Shown: positions 19,788 to 30,528 of the stretch, one piece after another
Layout: the number at the start of each line of letters is the position of its first letter
Position numbering within the stretch: position 1 is the stretch's first letter
Assembly (NCBI GenBank): GCA_965279515.1
Contig: CBDIID010000003.1
Location: 64,001-128,000, forward strand
Length of the DNA: 64,000 nt
DNA from: Turneriella sp.
GTDB lineage: Bacteria; Spirochaetota; Leptospiria; Turneriellales; Turneriellaceae
Direction: 5' to 3'
Position numbers and translations under genes: made by a program
The notes under the pieces: model-generated
Seen by the model: the letters and a program-made list of their open reading frames with translations, nothing else
Database searches by the model: none
Told to the model about the DNA's origin: nothing

Positions 19788-20825
19788 ATGGTAGCGGCCT
19801 GGCTCAAAGATTCCCGCTTTGACCTGGCTTTCATCGTCGGCATTGCCCTGCTCGCCGGCGTGATGGCCGGCGTCACGGTATTCTGGCCGCTGCTGTTTTT
19901 GCCGATGCTCACGGTGCATAGCTGGCTCTTTGGCTACGAGCATCTTTGGGCCACATATACAAAACTTCTCGGGCATCCCGACGACCGCGCACGCTTTCGC
20001 GGCTTGATTCTCTACGTACCTCCGTTCGTGCTGCTGGGGCTCTTTGTTATTGGAAATACCTTTGGGTTGAAGGGGCTCTACGTGCTGTATTTTATCGGGC
20101 AGTTTTTCCACACCGTCCGGCAAAGCTGGGGCCTTGCACAACAATACCGCCGGCAGGCAGGCGGATTACCCTGGGATTCTACACGTTTATCTGAAATAAC
20201 GCTCTGGTCCGTTCCGCTGTGGGGTTTACTCTACCGCTGTTCACAGCGCCCCGATGAATTTCTTTTTCAGGATTTTTGGCTGCCGCCTGTGCCGCGCATT
20301 GCCGTTCATATTATGGGCGCCGTCGCAGTCATGCTGTGGCTTGTCTGGATCTATTCACGCGTGGCAGCCTATCGCCGCGGGGAATTGGCGCTGGGGCACA
20401 CGCTTTACATGATTTCGCATCTGGCAATCTACCTGGGCGGCTATCTGGTGATAGATGAATTATGCTCTGGCTGGTTGCTCGTCAATGTTTGGCATAATGT
20501 GCAGTACATCGCCTTCGTCTGGATCTACAATCGCCGCCGTTTTGCGACGGGAATTGATCCGCGCACCCGCATGCTCTCCTGGCTTTCGCAGAGTGGCTAC
20601 CGCCGCTTCTTCTTATATGCTCTCGCAACGGTGGCACTTGCCTTACCGGTTTATTATTTGCTGCCGCAGTTAGGCCTAACTCTCGATGAACTTCTGAAAA
20701 ACACGGCTGTACCGACGGCCATTACCTTAGGCCTGACCTTAACTTTTCACCATTATATCGCCGATGGCATCATCTGGAAGAGGCGGAACAATCCGCATTT
20801 GGGTGAAATATTTCACCCCACTTGA
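19788..20825 (+). CDS. Polytopic membrane protein with His motifs
   Basis: HLWATY, FHTVRQSWG, WHNVQY, HHYIADGIIWK; many TM segments. Confidence 0.8.
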   Translation: MVAAWLKDSRFDLAFIVGIALLAGVMAGVTVFWPLLFLPMLTVHSWLFGYEHLWATYTKLLGHPDDRARFRGLILYVPPFVLLGLFVIGNTFGLKGLYVLYFIGQFFHTVRQSWGLAQQYRRQAGGLPWDSTRLSEITLWSVPLWGLLYRCSQRPDEFLFQDFWLPPVPRIAVHIMGAVAVMLWLVWIYSRVAAYRRGELALGHTLYMISHLAIYLGGYLVIDELCSGWLLVNVWHNVQYIAFVWIYNRRRFATGIDPRTRMLSWLSQSGYRRFFLYALATVALALPVYYLLPQLGLTLDELLKNTAVPTAITLGLTLTFHHYIADGIIWKRRNNPHLGEIFHPT

Positions 20826-21656
20826 CTAATTTGGAAAGAAGATCGCCTGCGGGCGATAAATCCAGAACTCTCCCTCGGTAAGATTGCCGAGATTTAACTC
20901 GCTGGTAATGACAAAACGTTGGCCGCCGATATTCTGATGTGCCAGTTTATAATGCAAGGTGCCCAGGACTTCATAGATCACGGCGGTATGGTCAGGCGCC
21001 CCGAGCGTTTCCGTTCTTGTAACCCCATTGGGAAGCTTGCCGACAACTTTCACCGAACGAAATTGAATGATATCACCCGGAAGAACTTTCTCGGTCTTGG
21101 GATTAACCAACTTTCCGAAATCGAGGGGACGCTGCCAATCTGCGCCATTCAAATCCAATGCCTCAGCCGCAAGATCCCAGCATTCCCCAGCCCCCACAGG
21201 CTTGCCCAGCTTACTGTGGGCAAAAGCCAGCACTTTAGAATTCAGGCCCAGACCGGGAAGATTTGCGGGAACATTTTCCGTTACTTGAATAGCGGGGATG
21301 AAACCAATTCCGCCAAAACGCAATGAACCCGGCTTTGTGTCCCCATAGACCACGAGTTTATACGGCGCCGGACCTTCTTTGAACAAAAAAATGACATTAA
21401 ACTTACCGTCTTCAGCAACCGGAATGCGCGTCATTTTTTTGGCGCCACCTTCTTTGGCAAATTCGAAAACAAGGGTTTTCATCGATGTTTCACCGGAAAA
21501 TGTGGCCGAATATTTTACGACGCCAGGTACCGGGTTCAGACTGAAAGCGGATTTTCCTCCCGGATAATACTGGAAATCCGCATCGGGCTCTTTTGCCGAA
21601 AGTGTCAGGGCGAACAGGATCCCCAACGCAAGCAAGATTGTCTTCTTTGGCTTCAT
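20826..21656 (-). CDS. Exported protein with C-terminal papain/CHAP-like cysteine-peptidase fold
   Basis: GECWDLA...PGDIIQF...HTAVI...HQN pattern. Confidence 0.65.
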   Translation of the reverse strand: MKPKKTILLALGILFALTLSAKEPDADFQYYPGGKSAFSLNPVPGVVKYSATFSGETSMKTLVFEFAKEGGAKKMTRIPVAEDGKFNVIFLFKEGPAPYKLVVYGDTKPGSLRFGGIGFIPAIQVTENVPANLPGLGLNSKVLAFAHSKLGKPVGAGECWDLAAEALDLNGADWQRPLDFGKLVNPKTEKVLPGDIIQFRSVKVVGKLPNGVTRTETLGAPDHTAVIYEVLGTLHYKLAHQNIGGQRFVITSELNLGNLTEGEFWIYRPQAIFFPN

Positions 21657-22216
21657 AGCGTTTAGGATAAGCCAATGTTTTCGAGCTTACGTCAATGAAT
21701 AAAAAGACAGAATTGTCATAAAAGCACACTGTGAATTATTTATTAACATGAGTGCGTGATTTTGAAAGCGGCTGAGTGGGCATGTTTGAAAAGGCAAATA
21801 CCGCGCCATCAATGCGTCCGTAGCGTCACCCGGAGGAGTACCAAACAAAGGCCCCGTTTGCGCGACGGGGGAATCTTAGGTGCGCAGCTTGTAAATATTA
21901 TTATCTGGAGTAATGGCGCCTGTGCGCGCGGTTATCTGCTTAATTGTTATTACTTTTCGTTTTGCCTCCCTAAAACCTGCCTTTTCGGCAGAGAGATCTA
22001 TAGTGCTTTAAATGATGGTGAGCAGCAATTTATCATATACTAAATGTCGTCAAAATTAGGTGTATTTCTTTTTTGATGCCCGAACTGCGTACGTCAGACG
22101 CGTACGTATTGACAGGCTATCGTCGATTGCTTCCTTGTGCGCTGCGTCATGTCGCTCGCAGCATATGCAGTTTTTTGCATACAGATGGAAAGAATCCCGG
22201 TATTCTTTATTAATAG

Positions 22217-25200
22217 ATGTCAATTTTTGTGAAGATTATGGCTGTAAAGAAACGTGGTGTTAAAATTATCGGGCGCAATTGTCGCTCGCCCCTTTTCTTT
22301 TGCATTCTGGCTTTCGTCTCCTTGTGGTCGCCAGCCTGCACCGGCAGAGCAACCATCGAAATTCTTCGTACAGAAATTTCCGTGAATTCGGTCATTGTCG
22401 CTAACGGTAGCGAAGTGCGCCTCGGTAGCACGGTTGTCGGTCAGACGCTGGTGAGAAGCATTGTCGTTAAAAACCTGTCAGAGGCAGATTTACCGCTCAG
22501 TGTTACGAATTCGAATGCCGGGCTATGCTCACTTTCCGGGGGGAATACCCGCGTAGCGCGCGGTGACTCGGTTGCGTTGACCCTATCTTGTGCGCCGGCA
22601 AGTGCGGGCACGGCTTCCGGGATTCTCGAGTTTAGTTTTGCTGATAAGCTTGCCGCGGTTTTCGTGAAATACCAGCTCGATGTTACGCCTTCACCGGTAC
22701 CCGAAATCCGCGTGCGCGTCGGCGGCAGCGAACTGCCCACTAACAGCAGCTATAATGTCGGTAATATTCTTGAATCCGCAAATTCGGTCGTTACTTTTAC
22801 CATCGACAATTTAGGAATGTTGCCCCTGCAGCTTACGGCTGTGCCCGCTGTTGCAGTTTCGGGAACGCATGCAGCAAATTTTCCCGCGGGAAACCCTTCG
22901 CTAACTGTTCCCGCAGGCGGCAGCACAACTTTCGACATCACCTTTTCACCGGGATCGCCGGGCGTGAAGGCGGCGGCGATTACGATCGCTAATAATGATC
23001 CGGATGAATCGGGTTATGTCATTAATTTAACAGGAACGGGTGTTGCCATTGTGCCGGAAATCCAAGTAACGATGGGCGCTACCAACTATAATCACGGCTC
23101 AACTTACACGTTCGCCAGCACAACGCAGGGCAGCACCGCAAGCGCAATATTTGAAATACGCAACCAGGGAACCGCAAACTTGGTTTTAAGCGGCACGCCG
23201 CGCGTTGCGATAACCGGCGCCGATGCCGGTTATTTTAGTGTGCTCACGCAACCCGGCGGGATTATTTTGCCAGGGGCCAACAGCACTTTCTCTGTGCAAT
23301 TCAACCCGATTACCACTGGAGGGAAAACAGCAACGCTTGTCATCGCTAACAACGATGCGGATGAAAGTTCCTATACTATCACTCTTTCCGGGAGTGTGAA
23401 TGCACCGAATATCGTGGTTGAGCGTAACAGTGTGGTACTGCAATCTGGGATCAGCGCCTGTGACTTGGGCTTGACGGTTGCAGGCGCTGGCTCAACTTCC
23501 GATACGATTACGATCCGCAACACAGGCAACCAGGCCCTTTCTCTTGGCAGTGCATCCTTTACCGGCCCGGACGCTGCAGAATTTGGCATATTTGCCTACA
23601 CCACATCGTTGGCTGCCGGCACTTCTATTTCTGCCACTTTTTATGTAAATGCCAGTACCATGGGAAATAAAACGGCAACGCTGGTCATCCCATCGGGAGA
23701 CTACGATACACCTTCTTTTTACATTACGGTTACCGCCATGGCTGGCCTCTGGACCCGGAAAAGATCGAATAGCGTTGAATGGTTAAAGAGGCAGACTTTT
23801 TCTGTGGCGAATACGGGAACAGAAATCTACGTTATCGCCGGTTATGATCCCAACTATAATGCGATAAATCACATACACAAATCGACAAACGGTACCGTAT
23901 GGCAGCCTGTGTCGCAGACTTCCGCTTTGCCTGTAGCCAGCGGCGGCGTGGGAGTCTGGTTTGCGGGTAAATTATTTCACTACGGCGGCAATGGCACTTC
24001 GAGTCTCGTCAACCTGGGTGCCTACCGGAGCACCGATATGGGTGTCACTTGGACAAAATATGATACTTCTTCATGGCTGCATCAAACCAGCATGGCGTCT
24101 GTAATCCATAATGGAAATCTCTTCCTCCTTGGTGGGCGCATTGTTGCATCCAATTCGGTGCATGGCCAGATTCGCAGCTCGGCGGACGGAGAAAATTGGA
24201 CGCTATTGTCTTCAACAGGTTGGCCTGGCGCATCAGACAGCGGCGCGGTAAGTTTTGGTGGAAAAATCTGGTTGATAGGGGGCTTTGACGCAGGCGGCGG
24301 TACCACGGCTAACATCCATTCTTCAACGGATGGCATTACCTGGACTCATGTCACCGGCAGTGCACCTTTTGGTCAATATTTTGGTAATCAGCTCGCGGTT
24401 CACGCCGGAAAAATCTGGCTAGTATCTAGTGGCAATACTTCTGAAGTCTGGAGTTCCGCCGACGGCTCGGCTTGGACCAAGCAAGTTGCCGCGCCTCCAT
24501 GGGGAAAACGCTACAGCGGAACGCTCGTCAGTATGGGCGGGAAGCTATATCTTATTGCAGGAGTCGGCCCCCAAGGCACGACAGATGAAGTCTATTCATC
24601 CAGCGACGGAATAAACTGGACGAATGAAAATGCCAGAGGGCAGATCTGGCGCGGCCGTTGGTCGCACCAGGTTGTCAAATTAGGTAGTAAATTGTTGCTC
24701 ATGGGTGGCACGGATGGTCAGGGCCATCGTAAGGACGTTTGGGAGTCTACAAACGGCGTCGATTGGACGAAAAATCCCGATGCGCCTTGGAGTGAACGAA
24801 TTGGATTACGATCGATCGTCGTCGGTTCAGAGGCTTTTGTGATCGGCGGAGGCACCAGCTCCGGCTCGAACCTGCTAAAAAACGATGTCTGGAAAACCAC
24901 AGACGGCAATACGTGGACGCAAGTCACTGCCAATGCAGGCTGGGGCCGGCGATATTACCATGGCTTACAGCACTTTGGCGGAAAATTCCATGTATTCTCG
25001 GGTACAAATGAAAGCAATGGACGTTATTGCGATGCATGGTCTTCTAGCGATGCCCTGACCTGGTCTCAGGCTGCAACTTCTGCCCCCTGCGCTGAAGGTG
25101 CAGCTGTCCTGCAATTCCTGGGCAAGATCTGGAGTTATTCCGGCTGGAACGGCTTTTACATAAATTCGAATCAATCGACGACTGATGGTATGACCTGGAC

Positions 25201-25474
25201 CTCTAACACAGCGGTATCATGGACTGCAAGGGTCGGCGCCTCAGCTTTTTCGTATAAAGGATATGCGCTTGTTATGCTTGGTTCCAATAGCTCTTATTTA
25301 ACGTCTACGATGTATTCAAGCGACGGCGTTAACTGGGCATATCTGGGGGTGCCGGCAGCACTGGCTGGTCGGGATTACCAGCAGATGCTACTCTTCAATG
25401 ACGGCTCGGGCGATAAGATGTGGATGTTTGGCGGTGCTTATTACAATGATATCTGGACCTTTGAACTACCATAG
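22217..25474 (+). CDS. Large surface protein: about four ASH/choice-of-anchor-D Ig-like domains plus Kelch-like beta-propeller repeats
   Basis: Repeated I.N.G...L.L and A.L.IANND.DE units, then repeated GK.WL.GG...VWSS.DG..WT units. Confidence 0.85.
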   Translation: MSIFVKIMAVKKRGVKIIGRNCRSPLFFCILAFVSLWSPACTGRATIEILRTEISVNSVIVANGSEVRLGSTVVGQTLVRSIVVKNLSEADLPLSVTNSNAGLCSLSGGNTRVARGDSVALTLSCAPASAGTASGILEFSFADKLAAVFVKYQLDVTPSPVPEIRVRVGGSELPTNSSYNVGNILESANSVVTFTIDNLGMLPLQLTAVPAVAVSGTHAANFPAGNPSLTVPAGGSTTFDITFSPGSPGVKAAAITIANNDPDESGYVINLTGTGVAIVPEIQVTMGATNYNHGSTYTFASTTQGSTASAIFEIRNQGTANLVLSGTPRVAITGADAGYFSVLTQPGGIILPGANSTFSVQFNPITTGGKTATLVIANNDADESSYTITLSGSVNAPNIVVERNSVVLQSGISACDLGLTVAGAGSTSDTITIRNTGNQALSLGSASFTGPDAAEFGIFAYTTSLAAGTSISATFYVNASTMGNKTATLVIPSGDYDTPSFYITVTAMAGLWTRKRSNSVEWLKRQTFSVANTGTEIYVIAGYDPNYNAINHIHKSTNGTVWQPVSQTSALPVASGGVGVWFAGKLFHYGGNGTSSLVNLGAYRSTDMGVTWTKYDTSSWLHQTSMASVIHNGNLFLLGGRIVASNSVHGQIRSSADGENWTLLSSTGWPGASDSGAVSFGGKIWLIGGFDAGGGTTANIHSSTDGITWTHVTGSAPFGQYFGNQLAVHAGKIWLVSSGNTSEVWSSADGSAWTKQVAAPPWGKRYSGTLVSMGGKLYLIAGVGPQGTTDEVYSSSDGINWTNENARGQIWRGRWSHQVVKLGSKLLLMGGTDGQGHRKDVWESTNGVDWTKNPDAPWSERIGLRSIVVGSEAFVIGGGTSSGSNLLKNDVWKTTDGNTWTQVTANAGWGRRYYHGLQHFGGKFHVFSGTNESNGRYCDAWSSSDALTWSQAATSAPCAEGAAVLQFLGKIWSYSGWNGFYINSNQSTTDGMTWTSNTAVSWTARVGASAFSYKGYALVMLGSNSSYLTSTMYSSDGVNWAYLGVPAALAGRDYQQMLLFNDGSGDKMWMFGGAYYNDIWTFELP

Positions 25475-26675
25475 AATGTTCCCGTAGAAAATACGAAGCC
25501 CTGCTTAAAAAATCCTCCTGATTTGGTGTAAACAAATAATTGTTCCGATCGATGTGCCCCAAAAGCAGACTCCCAAAATAAACCTCGATCTGCATGTCCG
25601 CCATGAACCTCAGTCCGATCGGGTAGCCGTTAAAGGAATTGCCGATAAATATCCGGTGTTGTTTGTAGTTGGTGTAACCGCGGTCATTTACGATGCGCAC
25701 GATGCAATCCTCAGGGTAGGCGGGTACTAGATCGCCAGTGTAGGAAATTTCAGATGGTCGGTAGAACTCTGCCGGCGTCCTCATATGCAAGGCTTCATGG
25801 GGGCGTTCATTGTTGAAATCATGGCGCCACTGATCAAATGAAATCTGGTGCAGTTTCAGATCGCCGCGAATGCGCCCCTGCAGTTCCGTGCGGATGTCTC
25901 TGTGCATACGCTCATGTCCGCCATTCTGCGCTGGCTTTCCCGGATCAATGCGGTCCAGAGAAATTCCCAACGACAGCCACCAGACTGACAATTTTGTCAG
26001 GCCAAAGAGTCCCCACGATGATGCGAAAGGAGTTCCGTTGTCAGAGCGAATAATTTCCGGCAGACCATAGCGTTTGAAGAGTCTGGCAAAGTGTTGTTTT
26101 ACATTGGAAATATTGCCCTTTTCCAGTATCTGTATCGACAGGATGTACTTACTGTACTCATCGCGAACTGTCAGTGGTTCGCATTTCTCTGCATGTGCAG
26201 TGTACCACCAGCCCTTGAAGTCAACCGTCCATAAGTGATTGGGATGCTTCGCCTTTTCGCGAAGCATCAGCCTCTCTCCGGTTCTGCGGCGCTTCTTTCC
26301 TCTTGGCCTTGTCAGACCAGAGCGTGCCAGAAGCCGATCGACTGTAGGAACTGAAATATCGCCTTTGCGCTCCGGGTAAAGCCTGCAGAAAACCGCATAG
26401 ATCTTCTTGGCTCCCCAGCGCGGCCGGTTATTCTTTATGCGAATAATATCGCAGATTGTTTCTTCGTCAGTGCGGTTCGGATTGCCTCCTGGTTTTCGTG
26501 ATAACTCCGCCAATCCGGCTAAGCCTTTTTCCAGGAACCTTGCCTTCCACTTGTACCCTGTCTTGGTGCTGATACCAAACTCGCGGCACAGCTCTGTGAA
26601 ACTCTCTACGCCCTCCAGGGCGCGAAAGACAAAAGATCTTTTCTCTTCCATTTTGGTAACCTCTTTCCACGGCAT
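25395..26675 (-). CDS. IS481-family transposase with read-through C-terminus
   Basis: MPWKEVT HTH, WTVDFKG, IRSDNG, QNGGHERMHR DDE motifs. Confidence 0.85.
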   Translation of the reverse strand: MPWKEVTKMEEKRSFVFRALEGVESFTELCREFGISTKTGYKWKARFLEKGLAGLAELSRKPGGNPNRTDEETICDIIRIKNNRPRWGAKKIYAVFCRLYPERKGDISVPTVDRLLARSGLTRPRGKKRRRTGERLMLREKAKHPNHLWTVDFKGWWYTAHAEKCEPLTVRDEYSKYILSIQILEKGNISNVKQHFARLFKRYGLPEIIRSDNGTPFASSWGLFGLTKLSVWWLSLGISLDRIDPGKPAQNGGHERMHRDIRTELQGRIRGDLKLHQISFDQWRHDFNNERPHEALHMRTPAEFYRPSEISYTGDLVPAYPEDCIVRIVNDRGYTNYKQHRIFIGNSFNGYPIGLRFMADMQIEVYFGSLLLGHIDRNNYLFTPNQEDFLSRASYFLREHSMVVQRSRYHCNKHRQTSTSYRPSRH

Positions 26676-26770
26676 TCGGTCCTCCTGCCGCAGGCAGGCT
26701 AGAACCCTTTGCGGAGCAAAGTGTTACCGATGTCTTGATAGAAATGTGTTACCTATGTCGTGATAGTACC
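25513..26770 (-). mobile_element. IS481-family element, copy 1, 3'-truncated
   Basis: Homologous to 33816-35147 from 25513 rightward; downstream IR missing. Confidence 0.85.
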
Positions 26771-26844
26771 ATCTTTGCCGCGAAGACCCGAGCACGCGAC
26801 CCAGCCGAAGGCGATCGCCGCGCAGCGCGTAAAATTTGTTGTCT
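26771..26844 (-). repeat. attC-like site 0 (truncated by IS481)
   Basis: Right half only: CCCGAGCACGCG...GCGTAAAATTTGTT. Confidence 0.8.
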
Positions 26845-26888
26845 GAAGTAATTGCGCCTGTGAGCCCGGGCAGGGATGGCCGGGCGAC

Positions 26889-27707
26889 TCAGAAGCCGTA
26901 ACCTATAGATACAGTTAGATGGATGTCATGCACAAAAGAATTTCTACCAATATCAGGCCAAACCTCTGCATTCGAAAATAGATACGTTAATTGGTAATAA
27001 AGATTAAATCTAAACTGCCAGCTATACCAGAAGCGACCTGTCATGCCCACGCCAACACGCGCAGTCGGGCCATGAACAAATACGCTAGTTGGGGCAGTTG
27101 TAATTTGTGTTTGTCCATTTGGTGCCCCAAGCGCCGAGATAAGACTATTATAACCTGCGTATGGATAATAAGAACCTAAATCATACCCAACTTGGCCCAG
27201 AAGATCGAAAGAACTAAAGCCACTCCCGGGATACAAATGTATCTCCTTACCAATCAGTAGTGTATGGAGCGAAACAATCAAGCTATCAGAAATATGTTTA
27301 AAGTTCGAAGTATCGGTACAATACTGGCCGCAATAGCTAGTCTTACCCGCGTTAATGCGTTGGAGTTGGGAACGATACAGATAAGAAAGCAATGTTGACC
27401 ATCGTTCTGATTCGTAAGCTTGATAGTTAATGCCAAATACAAGGGTAAAAATAGTCGCATCAGCTGACTGCTGAGAACCATTAGGTACTGCGGTGGAAAC
27501 CCCCAATGCATTTGTATACTGATTCTCTCGAGTATAAATGCCACCGATTGCTGTGCCGATGCCAAACTCAAGAATAATATTATTCTGAGGAAAGTTAGAT
27601 TTAGCTTCTTGTGAAGTTTTCTCGACTCTTTTCTCAATCGCTTCTATTTTCGCAACGATAAAAGCGGAAAATACGACGATACAGACAAGGAAGAAAAATC
27701 TCACCAT
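26889..27707 (-). CDS. Cassette gene: outer-membrane beta-barrel-like protein
   Basis: 272 aa, signal peptide, ends VSIGYGF. Confidence 0.75.
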   Translation of the reverse strand: MVRFFFLVCIVVFSAFIVAKIEAIEKRVEKTSQEAKSNFPQNNIILEFGIGTAIGGIYTRENQYTNALGVSTAVPNGSQQSADATIFTLVFGINYQAYESERWSTLLSYLYRSQLQRINAGKTSYCGQYCTDTSNFKHISDSLIVSLHTLLIGKEIHLYPGSGFSSFDLLGQVGYDLGSYYPYAGYNSLISALGAPNGQTQITTAPTSVFVHGPTARVGVGMTGRFWYSWQFRFNLYYQLTYLFSNAEVWPDIGRNSFVHDIHLTVSIGYGF

Positions 27708-27764
27708 TAGGTAAATACAAACTGTTTTACAGATTGTAAAGACAAGGAAATTTTCTGGGGTTTG

Positions 27765-28906
27765 TCTTTAGTCCGGAGACATATGTTACAGTGGGGTTGC
27801 TGAAATAAGCGCCCGCCCTTAAGCGGTTTTTACCACAAAACTAAACTTAAGGGAGCGGGCAAATGTACGATTACCAAGAAGCATATCGGCGCATAAAGCG
27901 CAATTTTCATTACTACAAGGGAGATGTCACAGTCCGTATGCGGGCTATGCAATTGTTAAGGGTGCTACGGACGATTACGAAAGGACGATCCGTAGAACTT
28001 GCCTCTGAACTACAGGGTGTCAGGCGGCAGTATTTTTATTTCTGGCTGCGACGGCTGATTGCCACCGACTATGATTTGCAGAGCCTGAAAGGGCGTTCAA
28101 AAAGGCCACACTGCTCACGTAATGCCAAACCAAAATCAGTTATTCTGAAAGTGAAGGAAATTCGTAAGCTCGACGAATCTGGCGGCCATACCATCGCTTT
28201 GATTCTACGACGTGATTTTGGTATCCGCATCGCCGGTTCAACGGTCTGCAACATTCTGAAACGGGAGGGTATTAGCAAGGTTTATCGCTACCAGAAACGC
28301 AATGAGCACACGAAGCGGTATAGCGTAGAAAACCCTTTAAATACGGTGCAAACAGACAGTGCCTGGACGGGGTTTGCAGACAATCACGGTAACAGGGTTT
28401 ATTATTTTCCAGTGATCGATGATTGTTCGCGGGTGGCGACGGTTCATGTCTGCGATTCAAAATCCGGAGATGAAGCGATCAAAGGGATGCAAAGATTCAT
28501 TGAGGCATTCGGCAAACCAGATCAGGTTCAGACCGATAATGGTGTGGAGTTCACCAATCGATTTACTTCACGCAGAAATGCGAAACGGGAGAAAGACGGA
28601 ACATACGCTTTGTTTGAGCAATTTCTGTTCACACAGGCCATACCACATCGGCTAATCAAGGTTCGGACACCTGAGCATAATGGCAAGGTCGAACGGTTCA
28701 ACGGAACCTTAAAAAGGTTTCTTCAACGCAGGGCCAAAGATGGAATGAGCATCCTCCAATTTCAGACGTTGATTGATCAGCACATGGACTGGTACAACCG
28801 CCGCCGGCCACATTGGTCATTGAACGGGTTGACCCCGCACGAGCGGTTCTATGGAGTCCGCTTGGCAAAAATCGCATAAGTGTACGATATCTCCCCGGAC
28901 TCTACA
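27765..28906 (+). mobile_element. IS481-family element with 15-bp target duplication
   Basis: Imperfect 28-bp IRs; ATTTTCTGGGGTTTG at 27750-27764 and 28907-28921. Confidence 0.88.
27863..28879 (+). CDS. IS481-family DDE transposase
   Basis: VIDDCSR, VQTDNGVEF, TPEHNGKVERFN, YNRRRPHWSL. Confidence 0.9.
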   Translation: MYDYQEAYRRIKRNFHYYKGDVTVRMRAMQLLRVLRTITKGRSVELASELQGVRRQYFYFWLRRLIATDYDLQSLKGRSKRPHCSRNAKPKSVILKVKEIRKLDESGGHTIALILRRDFGIRIAGSTVCNILKREGISKVYRYQKRNEHTKRYSVENPLNTVQTDSAWTGFADNHGNRVYYFPVIDDCSRVATVHVCDSKSGDEAIKGMQRFIEAFGKPDQVQTDNGVEFTNRFTSRRNAKREKDGTYALFEQFLFTQAIPHRLIKVRTPEHNGKVERFNGTLKRFLQRRAKDGMSILQFQTLIDQHMDWYNRRRPHWSLNGLTPHERFYGVRLAKIA

Positions 28907-28999
28907 ATTTTCTGGGGTTTGAAACTCAACAAGAAATATTGATCCAGCTATGTTCACCGCCGACACGAGGTCGGCGAATAACAAAGGCGCAATTATTTC

Positions 29000-29213
29000 A
29001 GACAACGTGGAATTTACCTGAAGTTGAGTGACGCTTCGTTCAACTTTGTATTCTGTAAGGCCATTCTGCGTCACTCAATCTGCCCGAAGCGCCTCGCGGC
29101 AAAGCACAAAACAAGCGTCCCGCTTGTGCTTTGTCCGCGATCTTCGGCGCGCAGGGCCGAGCACGCGAGGAGCTGCGGCACCGCAGCGGCGCAGCAGGTA
29201 AATTTTGTTGTCG
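29000..29213 (-). repeat. attC-like site 1
   Basis: AAC GTGG AATTTACCTG...CAGGTAAATT TT GTT. Confidence 0.85.
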
Positions 29214-29276
29214 GCAGTACTTGCGGCATTTCGAGGGCAACCTGCAAACCACGGAGGGTTTGCAGGAGTATTTTAG

Positions 29277-30528
29277 CAGTCTCCTGAAAAACTCTTGATT
29301 TTCTGGATTTTCTGTGCGTATATGAAATATGCGCGGGAATAAACCAGATCAAGATGATCTTTATAGTTACATTTCACTCGAGGAGCGGGTGCCGATGTCG
29401 CATCCGCTGCGTCCCATGAGGCAAATTATCGATGATGTGCTCAAAGCAATGAGCAAGAAATTTGATAAGGTTTATTCGAAGACAGGCAGGCCGAGCATTC
29501 CACCAGAGGTACTCGTTAAGACGCTTTTCCTGCAGGTGCTTTATGGAATCCGCAGCGAGCGTCTGGCTTTAGAGCAACTCGATTTCAACCTGCTCTACCG
29601 ATGGTTCGTCGGCATTACCATGAACCAGAAGATTTGGGACGAAACAGTATTCACCAAGAATCGCGATCGGCTCTTTGCTGGTGAAGCACTCGACGCATTC
29701 TTCGCGGCAGTTATCAAGGAAGCAGATAAACGTGGCTTGCTATCACATGACCATTTCAGCGTAGATGGTACGCTAATCGAATCCTGGGCTTCGCTGAAGA
29801 GCTTCAAGAGCAAAGATCACCCGGACAATAATGGCGACGATGGCGATCCGGGCAACCCCAGTGTCGATTTTCATGGCGAAAAAGACGCAATGACACTCAC
29901 CAATCCACGACGGATACACAGGCAAAACTCTATCGTAAAGGCAAGGGTAAAGAAGCACGCCTGTACTACATGGGCCATTTGCTGATGGAAAATCGCAACG
30001 GGCTCGCGGTGGCTGCGAGTGCAACACAGGCCGGATATCACGAAGAACGAACATCTGCTTTACAAATGTTGAAATCATTGAAGCGAAGCGGAAGAATAAC
30101 CATGGGCGGGGACAAGCATTACGACGATCTGGAATTTGTCCGAGACCTTAAATCGATACAGGTCACCGCGCATGTTGCGCAGAATATCCATTCCCGACGC
30201 CATCATAGTGCGATTGATGAGCGGACAACCCGGCATTCAGGCTACGAAGTGAGTCAGCGGAAACGCAAGCGCATAGAAGAGATATTTGGCTGGGCGAAGG
30301 GCTTCAGTACTTTGCGGCGACCGCATTTTCGCGGACTGAAGCGCATTGGCGCATTTTTCAAGTTCGTCATCAGTGCGTATAACCTTATGAGGATACGAAA
30401 TCTATGCCACGGATAGCACCTCTGCGAATGAAAAGACCGGGCGCCCTGAAAACGCACAACCCACCTGCATTTCCTGAGGCGCTAAGTTCCGAAAATTCCT
30501 GCTCTATCCCCCATTTTTCCGGAGACTG
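29277..30528 (+). mobile_element. IS5-family element
   Basis: IRs CAGTCTCC(T/G)GAAAAA; TTAG target duplication at 29273-29276 and 30529-30532. Confidence 0.9.
29329..30416 (+). pseudogene. IS5-family transposase split by a frameshift near 29880
   Basis: ORFs 29329-29985 and 29970-30416 together align with the intact transposase at 56735-57826. Confidence 0.8.

Noticed and set aside
21756..22263. Short ORFs in the AT-rich gap before the surface protein gene
   Set aside because: No RBS or recognisable motifs; more likely a promoter region.
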